Shown: positions 9,400 to 21,400 of the stretch, one piece after another
Position numbering within the stretch: position 1 is the stretch's first letter
Layout of the letters: the number at the start of each line of letters is the position of its first letter
Source of the DNA: Candidatus Uhrbacteria bacterium RIFOXYC2_FULL_47_19
GTDB lineage: Bacteria > Patescibacteriota > Patescibacteriia > SG8-24
Reading direction: 5' to 3'
DNA: 64,000 bases
NCBI GenBank assembly: GCA_001791745.1
Contig: MGFG01000020.1
Coordinates: 10,712-74,711, forward strand
Program-made: the position numbers and the translations under genes
Notes under the pieces: generated by a model
Told to the model about the DNA's origin: nothing
The model's input: only the letters and a program-made list of their open reading frames with translations
Database searches by the model: none

Positions 9400-10860
9400 A
9401 TGGCGAACGACAGCGTGGTCCTCCGCCTCGACGGTGTGACCTACAAGTACGGAGAGAGCAAGACGATCCTAGATGAGGTCGATTTTTCAGTGCGCAATAG
9501 CTCGAAGTTTGCGCTCATGGGACAGAACGGCGCCGGCAAAACCACGCTTTTCAGCTTGATTCTCGGCGAGCTTAAGCCCAAAGAGGGAAAGATTTTCCTG
9601 ACACCCGAGGACGCGACTGTCGGCATTGCCAAGCAGGTGATCCCCCAGGAGTGTATGGATCTGACCGTTCGTGAATGGTTCGCTGGGACGTTTGTCGAAG
9701 TGCCTTACAATTTGGACAAACAGATCGCCGACGTCTTTGAGGCAGTGAATCTCAAGACTGATCTCGATAAGAAACTGAGTGAGCATTCCGGCGGACAGCA
9801 GGCGCGTCTACTACTTTCGTACGCGCTGATTCAGAGTCCGGACATACTCCTCCTCGATGAGCCGACCAACAACCTGGATCAGGAGGGGATCGAACATCTG
9901 ACCGGCTTCCTAATGATGTACGATAAGACGGCAATCGTCATCTCCCATGACGCTGAGTTCTTGAACGCGTTCACTGACGGCGTGCTTTATCTCGACGTAT
10001 TCAATCACAAGATCGAACAGTATCGCGGTAACTATTTGAATGTAGTCGAGGAGATCGAGGGACGCATCGAACGCGAACGCATGCTTAACGCGCGTGCCGA
10101 GGCCGAAATCAAGCGCAAGATGGCGCAATCCGGTAAGTTCGCACACAAGGGCGGCAAGCTGCGGAGTGTGGCCAAGACCATGCGGGAACGCGCGGACGAG
10201 ATGCGCGAGTCTATGGTCGAGGTTCGGCGTGAGGACAAAACCATCCGCGAATTTGAAATACCATCCCAGGAGTTTGATTTCGAGTTTAATGGGAAGATCT
10301 TGGAATTGAGCAAGATTGGCGCGATCAGAGATGGTCAGTATGTAACCAAAGCAATCGACGTAGTGCTACGCCGCGGCTCGCATGTTCTTTTGGCTGGACC
10401 GAACGGCATTGGCAAGAGTACATTGCTCCGGCGGATTTTTAATCAGACCGCAGAGGGTGCGATTCTCTGCCGCGATGTTCGCATGGGTTATTACTCTCAG
10501 GATTTTTCTACACTCAACTTTGGTCGGACGGCTTACGATATATTACTCGAGGTCATGAAAGAACAGGACGAGCAGGTGTTGCGTTCAACTGCTGCTGGAT
10601 TTCTTCTTGATGGAAAAGCTTTAGCCAGTGAGGTTGGTGGACTATCTGAAGGGCAAAAAGGATTATTGTCGATTGCACGACTAGTATTGATGGAACCAGG
10701 CCTACTGATCCTCGACGAGCCGACCAATCACATTAATTTTCGTCATCTTCCAGTGCTGGCTCAAGCGTTCAATTCCTATCAAGGGGCCATGATTATGGTT
10801 AGTCATATTCCTGATTTTGTGAGTCAAATTCGTATCGACGAGATTATTGATCTGACTTAA
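9400..10860 (+). CDS. ABC-F family ATP-binding protein
   Basis: Two ABC domains (GQNGAGKT/SGGQ/LLLDEPTN and GPNGIGKS/SEGQ/ILDEPTN), no TM, Y.GNY linker. Confidence 0.9.
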   Translation: MANDSVVLRLDGVTYKYGESKTILDEVDFSVRNSSKFALMGQNGAGKTTLFSLILGELKPKEGKIFLTPEDATVGIAKQVIPQECMDLTVREWFAGTFVEVPYNLDKQIADVFEAVNLKTDLDKKLSEHSGGQQARLLLSYALIQSPDILLLDEPTNNLDQEGIEHLTGFLMMYDKTAIVISHDAEFLNAFTDGVLYLDVFNHKIEQYRGNYLNVVEEIEGRIERERMLNARAEAEIKRKMAQSGKFAHKGGKLRSVAKTMRERADEMRESMVEVRREDKTIREFEIPSQEFDFEFNGKILELSKIGAIRDGQYVTKAIDVVLRRGSHVLLAGPNGIGKSTLLRRIFNQTAEGAILCRDVRMGYYSQDFSTLNFGRTAYDILLEVMKEQDEQVLRSTAAGFLLDGKALASEVGGLSEGQKGLLSIARLVLMEPGLLILDEPTNHINFRHLPVLAQAFNSYQGAMIMVSHIPDFVSQIRIDEIIDLT

Positions 10861-10894
10861 GCGTCAGAATCAGTTCTTTAAAAAAGGCTTATTT

Positions 10895-10986
10895 ATGAGG
10901 TAGCGCATTGGGCGTAAGGGCTATTTTTATGCCTATTGCGCTACCTCATGCAGAGGAAGCCGTTTGCCGGAGCGATTCCGGTAAAT
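10895..10986 (+). promoter_or_regulatory. two stem-loops in the leader of the putative DGR target gene
   Basis: ATGAGGTAGCGCA.TGGGCGTAA/TTATGCCTA.TGCGCTACCTCAT (10895-10949), then TTTGCCGGA/TCCGGTAAA. Confidence 0.55.
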
Positions 10987-11009
10987 CCAAATATAGAAGG
11001 AGGATGACG

Positions 11010-11918
11010 ATGTCACAGACATTGATCACCAGCCGAGACCCGAAAGGTCTCCACGCAATCGGTCTCTTCGAGGCCGCCTACAACAAGTCCAAGCTCGACG
11101 AGGAACGCGCACAGCGGCTCAACGAGCGCGGTGGCGAACTGCAGGACGGGATCGCGAAGCTCATCGCTAAGCTGTCCCAGTCCAACCAGTACGTGAGTGA
11201 GGAAGTTCGTTCCAATTATACGTACCCGAAGGAGTACGAAGGGCCGAAGCCGATCAATGACCAGATCAAGGCGATCGCCAAGATTTTCGATCTCGACCCG
11301 AGCCACACCATCGAGTTCGCCAAGACCCTGCCGGAACTCCCGAACGGTGCCGAAGGATGGTTCGCGATTCCCTCGGTGGACGCACTGGCCAAGAAGCACT
11401 TCCCCGAAGTGACCGATCCGATCCAGAAGTACTGCCAGGCGGTCCAGATCGTTCACACCAAGATCGCCGACTCCCGGTCGTTCTACAACTACCGTGAGGG
11501 TCAGATCACGCCGGCGCAACTGCGGGTTCACGCTCGCACGGCGCACGCGCTGGATCTCATCTCCGAAACACAAGAAGCGAGCGACATCCTGATCGTCGCC
11601 GCCCAGCTAGGGCTTCGCCATCGCGGCAAGTCCAGCCGTCGGGCTCGTGAGGTCTTCGTGGAGGGCGAGTTCGGTCTCGGAAGTCTCGCAGTCGGTTCCA
11701 TCGTTCTCACTCATCCCGAACGGCTCGTCTGTTGGGAGGAACTGGACATGGATTGTTCCGGCGACGAGTTTTCTCCGGAGGCCGATGGCGACTTTTCTGA
11801 GTCTCCCGGCTTCGGCTTCATTGGCAACAAGGTCGAGTTCGGCACGCGCCTCGTTGACGGCCCGGACGTGGGCTTCGGTTCGGTGTCCGGCTTCCTCTCG
11901 CAGGAAATCGATCCTTGA
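11010..11918 (+). CDS. putative diversity-generating retroelement target (variable) protein
   Basis: AGGAGG RBS at 10998-11003; C-terminus PGFGFIGNKVEFGTRLVDGPDVGFGSVSGFL resembles CPR DGR variable regions; NNC-rich codons. Confidence 0.65.
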   Translation: MSQTLITSRDPKGLHAIGLFEAAYNKSKLDEERAQRLNERGGELQDGIAKLIAKLSQSNQYVSEEVRSNYTYPKEYEGPKPINDQIKAIAKIFDLDPSHTIEFAKTLPELPNGAEGWFAIPSVDALAKKHFPEVTDPIQKYCQAVQIVHTKIADSRSFYNYREGQITPAQLRVHARTAHALDLISETQEASDILIVAAQLGLRHRGKSSRRAREVFVEGEFGLGSLAVGSIVLTHPERLVCWEELDMDCSGDEFSPEADGDFSESPGFGFIGNKVEFGTRLVDGPDVGFGSVSGFLSQEIDP

Positions 11919-11977
11919 TGTCTTGAATTCTTGGGGCTTTTGATCCCTTGAATTCCGCCGACAGCGGCTCGAAAAAA

Positions 11978-12020
<43 letters not shown>

Positions 12021-12332
12021 TTACATATGTTCAAAATTTATTTTTAGGTAATTAAGGTGTTTCGTAACCACGAGGTGTTTAAATATCATTATGGTTACAA
12101 GGCGGAAGAACATTTTTGGTTGCGCGGCCATTTTTTGAGGGGCAAAAAGTGTGTGTTTTATGGTTCAAGAAGTATAGTCAATGAAAGGACCGAAATTTTC
12201 AGAACGGCCGTGTCCTGTGCGGCCTTTTTTATTTTGACGACGTCTTTGGATTTCTCAAAACCCGTCGCATTTGCTAGCATCGTATTAGTAATGTTGGGCT
12301 AAGTATCGTTTGATCGTAACCACAGAAGGAGT

Positions 12333-13016
12333 ATGGAAGGAAATCGGTTCGGAGGAGAGGGGTCTTTTTCACTCGAAAGAAGAGAAAGTGAAGCTTCCGT
12401 TTTTCTTACACCTGAGCAGATCCAGCAATTCGAACAGCTCTCGGCCGAGGTCTACACTAAACCGCCGGAGGAATTTATCGCTGCTGAGTTTAATGAACTG
12501 AATCCGGAACAGCAGGAGGGGATTGAGGGTCTTGAAAAGGAGTATAAAAATGCGCAGTTGGTGGTGCGTGGTAGTGCAGCCAAGAGTCGGTTGCAACTTT
12601 TAGGACAGGCAATACAACGAGCGGCGAAGTTTCTCGATTTGGATACCAAAGAAAAGATTATGTCTGCGGCGCTCGAAGTTATTCCTTACGTCGGTTTGGC
12701 CTACGCTTTCTTCGGCAAGCGAGTTGTAATAGAGAAGGATCCGGAAACAGGTCAACACGGAGTGAGTTTTGAGGATCTTTCAATATTAGATCGGGTAATT
12801 TACTTAGCTGGTGAGGCGCTGGTTAGTGGACATGCGTTAAGAGGTGCGCTCAACTCTATTAAACGTGAAGGCTGGAAGAAGGTTGCGGTTCCGTTCGCTA
12901 AGAAAGTCGCGCAGGACAGCGGTCAACTATTAGTGAGGCGGGTTAAGCAAGGGGTGGAACGTGAGTTAGGGGCTCTTCCGGGCAAGGGAGAGACCATTGG
13001 ACAAGAGGAAGAATAA
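12333..13016 (+). CDS. hypothetical protein with pre-toxin TG-like segment
   Basis: AAGGAG RBS; LEVIPYVG...KDPETG...EDLSILDR. Confidence 0.55.
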   Translation: MEGNRFGGEGSFSLERRESEASVFLTPEQIQQFEQLSAEVYTKPPEEFIAAEFNELNPEQQEGIEGLEKEYKNAQLVVRGSAAKSRLQLLGQAIQRAAKFLDLDTKEKIMSAALEVIPYVGLAYAFFGKRVVIEKDPETGQHGVSFEDLSILDRVIYLAGEALVSGHALRGALNSIKREGWKKVAVPFAKKVAQDSGQLLVRRVKQGVERELGALPGKGETIGQEEE

Positions 13017-13027
13017 TCTTTGGATCT

Positions 13028-13237
13028 ATGGTAGACATCGAAAAATTGGTAGCGCTTCTCAACAGCGCTGACTTACCGGAGGGCGAACGTGAAGCTTGGA
13101 TTGAATTAGTTCCTTTGCTTCCAGTTGACCAGATCGAGGAATTAATGGTGACACTAGAGACCGAACAGTCCCAGCTGACTGCTCTGCGGCAGGACTATCT
13201 AACCAGAGCTCAGGCTGTCATCGACGAAAGTTCCTGA
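13028..13237 (+). CDS. small acidic helical hypothetical protein
   Basis: Starts 11 nt after the previous gene; 69 aa. Confidence 0.6.
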   Translation: MVDIEKLVALLNSADLPEGEREAWIELVPLLPVDQIEELMVTLETEQSQLTALRQDYLTRAQAVIDESS

Positions 13238-13306
13238 CGTTTTGTGATAGCAGGTGTGGATGCTGGCGTTGGTGCATAGGCATCTATATTAAAGTTATTT
13301 CATTTT

Positions 13307-13762
13307 ATGACGAGCCCTGACAGGTGGATAAATTTTCAGCCAGAAGATAGCATTGGTTCGAGTGAACGAAGCAATTTAGAAGGACATAACTTGCGGGGAG
13401 ATCAGTTCGTCTCTAAGGTAGAAAAAGCTAAAAATCTTAATCCTGGTTCGGAAGATGTCGGGGATACTGAACGTGAGATGGACGGTCGGGAGGCAGATGA
13501 ACAAAAGCAGCAAGCCGAAATAGCAGTTTCCGCCATTATTGCGGATCTGGATGAAAGGGAGTTGCGTCTGCGAAGGGGAGAACTTGGGCATCTCCGGGAG
13601 GGGGAGTCGAAGTCCGGCATTTCGTTTATGGTAGAAGTCGAGTTGGACCAGGCTATAAAAAAGGCAGAGGGGGCGGGTGCTAATGTGGGAGAGCTTAGGG
13701 AGCGGCAAACAGAACTACGGAATCGTATCGCTAAATTGGACAGCGAATTTCCGAAAGAATAA
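13307..13762 (+). CDS. hypothetical acidic coiled-coil protein
   Basis: 151-aa Glu-rich ORF, co-oriented with neighbours. Confidence 0.6.
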   Translation: MTSPDRWINFQPEDSIGSSERSNLEGHNLRGDQFVSKVEKAKNLNPGSEDVGDTEREMDGREADEQKQQAEIAVSAIIADLDERELRLRRGELGHLREGESKSGISFMVEVELDQAIKKAEGAGANVGELRERQTELRNRIAKLDSEFPKE

Positions 13763-13774
13763 GCAGAGCTTACT

Positions 13775-14486
13775 ATGACCACCCTGTTTACTAGCCTGAC
13801 CGAGGCCGATAAGGGGGGAGCAGTTGAACGGTTGATTGCCGACAGCACTCCACGCGACGATTTTTTTTGATGATTACTTTGTCTGTGATCATGGCGACCT
13901 TTGGGTTGCTGGTCGGCAGCGCTAGCATCATTATTGGTAGCATGCTCATTGCGCCGTTGTTGTCTCCTATACTTGGCTTCTCCATGGGTATTGTTATGGC
14001 TGATCGGGCACTCATTTCACGTTCCTTTTTACTGTTTTGAAGTCGATGGCGTTTGCTCTGCCATGTTCGGTTGTAGTGACCCTATTTTTCTCGCGTATCG
14101 CTGGACTGGACTCGGGTCTTAATCCAGAAATCATTTCTAGATTGAGTCCTGATGTGATTTCCGCCTTTGTTGCCTTGGTGGCTGGGTTAGCCGCTTCTTA
14201 CGCACTTATTAGACCGCAGTTGAGTGCCAGTCTGCCGGGTGTCGTTGTTTCGGTGGCGCTCATCCCGCCGCTCGCGGTCACCGGCATCGGTATCGCGCGG
14301 CTTGAGTGGGTGATCATTGCTGATTCGTTCGTATTGTTTTTATTGAACGTCGGCTTGATCGTGTTCGCTAGTTCGGTCGTCTTCTCCCTTACCCATCTTT
14401 ATACTAAACAGACAGTAGCTGAATTAGCTTTGAAGAAGGAAGATGAGCAACTTCGAAAGGAAGTTGAGCGAGCAAAGAAGAAATAA
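13775..14486 (+). pseudogene. DUF389/TIGR00341 membrane protein with two frameshifts
   Basis: ATFGLL...IIIGSMLIAPLLSPI and LPGVVVSVALIPPLAVTGIG motifs lie in different frames; adding one T at 13861-13868 and one at 14026-14030 restores a single ORF. Confidence 0.8.
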
Positions 14487-14529
14487 CGCCGTATCCGCAC
14501 CTGTAGGTAGTGGTGGCGAATCGTGCTAG

Positions 14530-14558
14530 TTGACATCCGAAGATAAAAAAGTTAAAGT
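14530..14558 (+). promoter_or_regulatory. sigma70-type promoter
   Basis: TTGACA-17 nt-TAAAGT upstream of an AGGAGG RBS. Confidence 0.55.
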
Positions 14559-14597
14559 TTTTTGTTCTCACGACAAACTATAATAAGGAGGTCTGTC

Positions 14598-15191
14598 TTG
14601 AGTCAGTCCTTTATAGTTTTGGGAAATTTGATTTTGATGGCCGTTTTCGTCACTTATTTCAATCAAGTACGTCGTGGGCTATCAGTGCCCAATCCGTCAA
14701 CTTGGTTGTTATGGACAGTGGTAGGAGTGATGAACGCAGCTAGCTACTTTCTCGTGGTTCATGGAAACCTGTGGCAATCGGCCTATGTGTTGCTATCGAC
14801 TGTCGGACTGATTGTGATCTGCGTTTATGCCGTTGTCCGTGGTAAGTTTGGTCGAATCGGCTGGACTGAGATCGTTTGTCTGGCGTTAGCTGTAGTTGTA
14901 GGTGTGTTATGGAAAGCCACCAGTGATGCGGTTGTAGCCAATTTGAGCCTTCAGCTGATTTTCATAATCTCGTTCGTGCCAACAGTGAGTGGCCTACTGA
15001 AGCGTACTCTCAAAGAGAAAGCGTTGCCGTGGGCTATGGGAGTTACCTCCTATATATGTACGGTCGTCGGAATACTAACTTCGGTGTCATTTGATCTGAC
15101 TGCCTTGGCCTATCCTGTAATCAATGGGATCGTTGGTAACGGAACAGTCCTGGTCGTAATTCTCTTGACTGGAAGACGCTCGGAAGTCTAG
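14598..15191 (+). CDS. hypothetical integral membrane protein
   Basis: TTG start after AAGGAGG; about 6-7 hydrophobic helices; PNPSTWLLW motif. Confidence 0.7.
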   Translation: MSQSFIVLGNLILMAVFVTYFNQVRRGLSVPNPSTWLLWTVVGVMNAASYFLVVHGNLWQSAYVLLSTVGLIVICVYAVVRGKFGRIGWTEIVCLALAVVVGVLWKATSDAVVANLSLQLIFIISFVPTVSGLLKRTLKEKALPWAMGVTSYICTVVGILTSVSFDLTALAYPVINGIVGNGTVLVVILLTGRRSEV

Positions 15192-15419
15192 ACGGTCGAC
15201 AATCAGTAGTATCTAATTCGCATCTTTCATTGGTGCGATTTTTTTAAAACAAACATACAATGATTTATCCACTGTTTTTTAAATTCAAAAAAAACTTTGC
15301 AAGTCGTGCTATACTGATAGCACTTAATTTCTCCTAATTTGCATTAGCCTAAAATTTGATTGATCGCATGACTAAATCGTGCTTTCAGTTTTTCAATTTA
15401 GTTATAATTTTCATAAATT

Positions 15420-18400
15420 ATGAAACTCAGTCCATTTCTAAAAAGAGTATCTCGCCGACCGGCTGAAACTCTACTAACCTTAGTGCTTGTCATTGCGTCG
15501 AGCGGTCTAGGTTCGTTGATCGCTCCGTTGCCGGCTATGGCCGCCTCGACGATTACGGTCAGTACCAGTGGACTGATCAATGGTGGTTTTCCCGGGGCTC
15601 CGATTCCGGCCAGCTCACCGGCCAGCGCCGTACTGAAGTTGTCAGTGACGGCTTCTTCGGCCCTACAGACTCTCAATTCGGTTACAGTGAACTTTAGTGG
15701 TACTGGTTTGGTTCAGGCTGACCTGGCCGATATCGCTACTGATGATAGTTCCGGTGTTGCTTTATATGACGATGAAGGTGGTACAGCCGGAAACTTCGAT
15801 GGCACTGACTCGGTCATTACTCTGGCTGCCTCTCCGGATTGGACCGGTGAGACGACCAACATCACGCTGACACCGGCGACGCCAGTTCCATTAATCAGCG
15901 GTACACCGGTGATTTTTTATGTAGCCATTAGAACTTCAGCTTTGCTAGTCAACGATCATCGTATAGTCGCTTCCGTTCTAGCCAATGGAGTAGTAACTTC
16001 TGATGGTAGTGGTCCAGCTACTACCTTTAATGCTTTTGAATTACGGGCCGACACTGCTCCAGCACAGATTGTGTCGGTTGGTGGTTTTGTCGGTAGCGCA
16101 TCGGTTAATGTCAGATTTAATAAACCAGTACAAAGGGTTGGTGGTGGCAGTTTGATTGCAGCCAGCTTTACTTATGTAGATGGTGGTGGTGCTGCTCAGA
16201 CTATATCTTCTGTAGCTCATACCCCAGGTCAGGATTTTGCTACATTGACCATGAGTGCTGTTTTGGATGCAGGGGATATCGACGGCACTCCGGCGACTAT
16301 AGCCGCTGCTTCTAGTGCCATAGCTGACATGGGTGGCAATGTTATCGGAACCGATGCTGTGGAAATGGCCAGTGCAATCGAAATTTCTACTTCGACCATT
16401 CCGACAGCGATTATTGGAACGACCTACACCACGATTAGTCCACTGGTGGCCTTCTCGGCGATTGGTGGCACCTCTCCTTACATCTTTGAATCAGCCGGAG
16501 AGCCGGATACAGAGGTACTGACCAACGCTGGACTTTCTTTAGTTGATGATGGAGGTACTTACAAGATAACTGGTACGGTATTGAGCGTTCCGGGTAGTTA
16601 TCCTTTATACATTAGGGCTACAGATTCGGCCGGGACACCTCAGGAGGCGGTCCGGCGGTACAATCTGAACGTTGGTACGTCCGCTGGAGCAGTGCCGGGC
16701 GTTACTAGCGTTGTGCCGGGCGGTGCGCCATTAGGTGCGTCGTCTTTGGCAGTTGCAATTACGGGCTCTAATACTCATTTTTCTGGATCAAGCACGATTC
16801 AGTTTATAAGCGGAGGTTCGGCCGACGCCAACGTTACAGCTACAATTTCGTCGTCAACCACTACAACACTTAACCTTTCGGTTAGTGTAGCCGGGGGCGC
16901 CACTGTTGGGCCACACGATGTACGCGTTACGACCGGAGCCGAGATCGTCGAGATGCCGGGTGGCTTCGGTGTGTTTCCGGCCGGTGATAGTGGGTTAAAT
17001 CTCCAAAGTCCAACCGATGCCGCGACCGGCATATCGATACCTCCTACCTTCAACTTTAGCCCCAGCACTAACCCGTCAGCGGCCACTTACCGCGTTACAC
17101 TAAAGTCGACATCTAATTTTTCTGGGGCCGCTTTATGGGATTACGCCTTTCCTAAGCCGGCTGATGCAGAGAATAGCAATGGTAGCCACTGCAACTTGAC
17201 TGGCTGCAATGTGAACTATGGGGCCGGCTCATTCCGGATTATTACTCAGCCGACTCCGCTTGAGCCGAACACCACCTATTATTGGCAAGTGCGGACCTAC
17301 AGCCAGGCACCATCTGCTGTTAGTGACGCTGTGGCCCCGCTTGAAGGGACTCCAGTTAGAGGTTTCACTACGATTTCGTCGGTCATGGATATCATGCCGC
17401 CGAATATCATGCATCGGCCAGTCTTTCAGACTACGGCCAGCACAGACCTGACTTTGTTGGCTCGTGTCGATGATAACTTTGCCTCGCCAACCTCTACCCC
17501 AGCCCTGACAACTACGGTTAATTACTGTGTGGGTGTCGATTGCGATCCAGGGACCGGTACGCAGGCGAGTGGTACCTCGATCGGTAATGGATTTTTTACC
17601 TTCACTATTCCGGGTGCATCGGTTGGCATTGCCGGCACTATAGTTAGGTATTATCTTGGTGCCTCGGACGGCACTAATACGGCGATCTTTAGGGATATGG
17701 ATGAGACTCCGTTCCGGGTAACATCAATCGCCGCCGGTGTTGGTACTATTACTGGTTCAGTCGTCAATGATAGCGATGAATGTCCGGAAGGTATTCAAGG
17801 TGCCACGGTTTTCGCTGAAGGTACTGGTTTCATGACCACCACAGACGGATCGTGTGAATATACTTTGTCCGGACTTCCAACCGGTATCTATGACATCGTG
17901 GCCTTGAAGACTGGTTATGCTGACCGGATCATTAACGGCATACCAGCCGGCTCCACCAGCATAGTTTTCAGCCTGCCAATGGGTTTCGGTGGTGGTTTCG
18001 GCGGCGATGGCACCAGACCTCATGTCATGTTTACTGGTCCCGGTGAGAACTCGACTGGCATTCCAGGCGGCGATTCCTACTTCAAGGTGTTTGTGGCCTT
18101 CGATAAGCCCATGAGTCAATCTTCGATCACGGATACTGGTAATTTGACCATCAACGAGATTAATCCGGCTACAGGGGAGCTGACCAACATAACGTCAAAA
18201 GGAGACTGGGACTATTACGCCTCTTCCGCCGGTGTGGATCGTGTGCCGCCGGCTTCTAATATGGCGGTGTTTTCGTTGTCGCAGGTTGGTTGCGATGGAT
18301 CTCCTTGTACGCTAGGTGACGGCAAGACTATCGCTGTGATTGTGACCGACTCAGCTACCGACACAGCCGGCAATTCAGTCATGGGAAATCAGCCGGATGG

Positions 18401-21400
18401 TTCGTTCTCCTTCACTTTCTCGACTGGTACCACTTTCTCTGGAAGTTTCGGTGAGGGTGAGGTGTTTGGCTCTGGGGAGTTCATTCCGCCACATGTAATC
18501 GGTATGACTCCACCACCTGGTAGTCTTGATGTGCCAGTTGATCGAAGGGTTGTAGTTAGTTTCTCGGATGCCATGGCGGACGATACTATTGGAACCTATC
18601 TTCTTAAGAGTTACATCAAATTGTATTCAGTGTCTGGGGTGACTGAGACGGACGTTTCATCACTCATTAGTGCTACAACTCTCGACTCAGCCAAGAGGAA
18701 TGCAACTCTGACGTTAACCGGCAGTTTAGCTGCCTCGACCCGTTATCGACTCAAAGTGCTAGGTGGTGCTAAAGCAGCGACTGGACTGACAGTCGGACCA
18801 CCAGAGTCGAGTAGTGCAGTCATGTTCACTGGTGAGTTTAGAACTGGAACTGGCACCGATGTTGGTATACCGACAGTTAATGGGACTTTTCCAGACAATA
18901 CTGCGACCAATGTACCAGTTAATCTAAATGCGGTTAGTATCGGCTTTAGTCGAGATATGGACATGTCAACTATCTCGACAAGCACAGTTTATTTGTCGAT
19001 TGGTTCGACGGCAGTTAATGGTTCGGTTGAATATCGTGCCGCAGAGAGAACGGCCTATTTCGTACCACGTTCGGCACTTACTGCCAGTACTACCTACACA
19101 ATCAATGTGACGACCGGAGCTCAGGCTCTGAACGGAACAGCGATCGCTACAGCAGTAGCGCGCACCTTCACTACTGGTTCGGCCGACGTTTTGGCTCCGT
19201 CGATACAGTTCGGCAACGCTGATGATTTCTCGTTGGCAGTGACCTTCTCTGAGCCCATGAATGCCTCTCGGGCGACTGATACTATTAACTTCACAGCTAG
19301 TGTATTGAAGCCGGCTAATTACGTTCTCAAGTACGCCACCATGGGTGAGGATTCTTCTGCTGGTACGGTCCTGACTGTTCCGGCAGCAGCGACCTTTAGT
19401 TACGATCAGGTAACCAACACAGTCAAAATCGCCGGCTATCATGCCGACGCGATCGATCCGGCGACTCTGCGTGGGAAGGAACTTTATGTCGCAATCACTG
19501 GAGTTAAGGACCTGTCCGGAAATTCGATCACGACTGATGATGGCGCGAACACGGCTAGAATGATGATTTTGAATAGCGCCACTACTCAAGGGGCTCTCGG
19601 TCCGATGGGTATGACCGGCGACTCCTTCTCGGATCAAGGCGGGTTCACACCTGACAATTTTGATTCTGGCACTTTCGGTTTTGCACCACAGGCTGAGGTC
19701 CGTCCATTCAATACCATGCCCGGACAGCTCACGATCTATGGCATACGCTTGCCGATCTCCCGGCAGATTCCGGCTTCTGGGGCTGTTGTTGTGACCTTCC
19801 CTATTGGCTTCGACGTTTCGGCCGCCAGACAGGATGTCAACAGTCCGATGCGCCAGGACTTGAATGGTCCAGGAACGGGAAATGTGACCTTTAAGTGCGC
19901 CACAGCCGGTGCGCCGACCGGAGCATCTTGTTCCGGCACGGCCAACGCCGACGATGCTGGGGTGGCCCAGGGTGGACTAGCTGGCGATGGTGTGGTGGTC
20001 GACACGGCCTCACGCAGCGTCAAGATTTACCTTTCTGCAGCGACCAACGTCGAAGGACATGATTTCTTGACCATCGATATCGCCGGAATTAGGAATACGA
20101 CCGTACCCAAGGACATGAACACTTCGGGTTACACGGCTGATATTAAGACCAAGAACGGCACTACACTTCTAGAGACTGCCACTTCGATGCCATTTTTTAT
20201 TCAGTCTGGTGGTACGGGATCGTTCACTTTGGGCGGTACTATAACTGCGACCGGCAACGTCTCTAGTGGCACTATGCAGGTCTACCTAATGTCGCCGCTC
20301 ACCGGACCGCTCGAGACCACTTCGACTAACTTCTCTGGTGGTGAGACTGCAACTTACAGCTTTACCGGACTTCCAGCCGGTGAATTCATGATTTCGACCG
20401 ATCAGCTGGTGCTGATCGATGCGGCTGAATATGTCGGTAAGGCCAATCCGGAACGGATCGGACTCACAGCCAACAAAACTTACAATTTCACCATGGCCAG
20501 TGCTTCGTCCGGTGGGACTGTGGTTACGGTCAACTTGACCGGTCCAGCTAATGAACCGTTGGACGTGTTTGCTGGTTCGCCGACTGGATTTCGCGTCAAA
20601 CAGGTGACATTGAACGGTGGAGGAACTGGTAGTACTACACTCAATCTACCGAACGGCGAGTGGAACATTGGTGTCGGCCCGCAGACACCTAAGGGTTTCT
20701 CCGGTCCGCCGCCGGCACCGTCTTACCTACCGCCACGTAATAAACAGGCCACTATTGCCAATCCAGTCTGTACAGTTGACGGCACAGTGGGTTGTACCAT
20801 CGCTTTTGCCTTAACAACCTCGGATAAGACCATTCGCGGTTTGGTTAAGGATGGTTCCGGCAAGGTCATGGCCAACGCTGAGGTGTTCGCCTACTCGCCT
20901 AACGGTGGTTTCGGTACCAATGCTACAACCGCTACTAACGGTGCGTTTACACTGAACGTAGTCAGTGGCAGCTACGTTGTTGGCGCATTTATTCCGGGCA
21001 TGCCGACCTCTAAGGAAGTGCCAGTAGTGGTAACGGACCATGCTACGACCTATCTGTTAATAGATGGATCGTCGACAGCGATTACACCAGCCGCTGCGGC
21101 TACTTCCTTTATCCTTAAGGTTGCTAAGCCGGACTACACCATCTCCGGACGTGTGACCGACGGCACGAGTATTGTGCAGGGTGCTTCAGTCTACGCTTAT
21201 CGAACCAATGGTCCGGGTCATGCCGATGTGATGACCGATAGTTCCGGTAACTACACTTTGTACGTCGGCGCCGGAACCTGGAACGTTGGCGCGTTCCTAC
21301 CGCAGTACGGTCGACTATCTGAACAGTCGGTGACCGTCTCGACCGCCAATGTCACTAGCATCAACTTTTCTCCATCCCAAACCGGCACCGGAACTTTCTA

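Noticed and set aside
12057-12302. 81-aa ORF
   Set aside because: AT-rich intergenic-looking DNA containing a hairpin-T run and a promoter-like sequence; no RBS or recognisable protein features.
13861-14040. TGA recoded as Gly (code 25) to explain the interrupted genes
   Set aside because: Homology continues in a different frame after each TGA, and TGA ends intact genes such as murC and murB.
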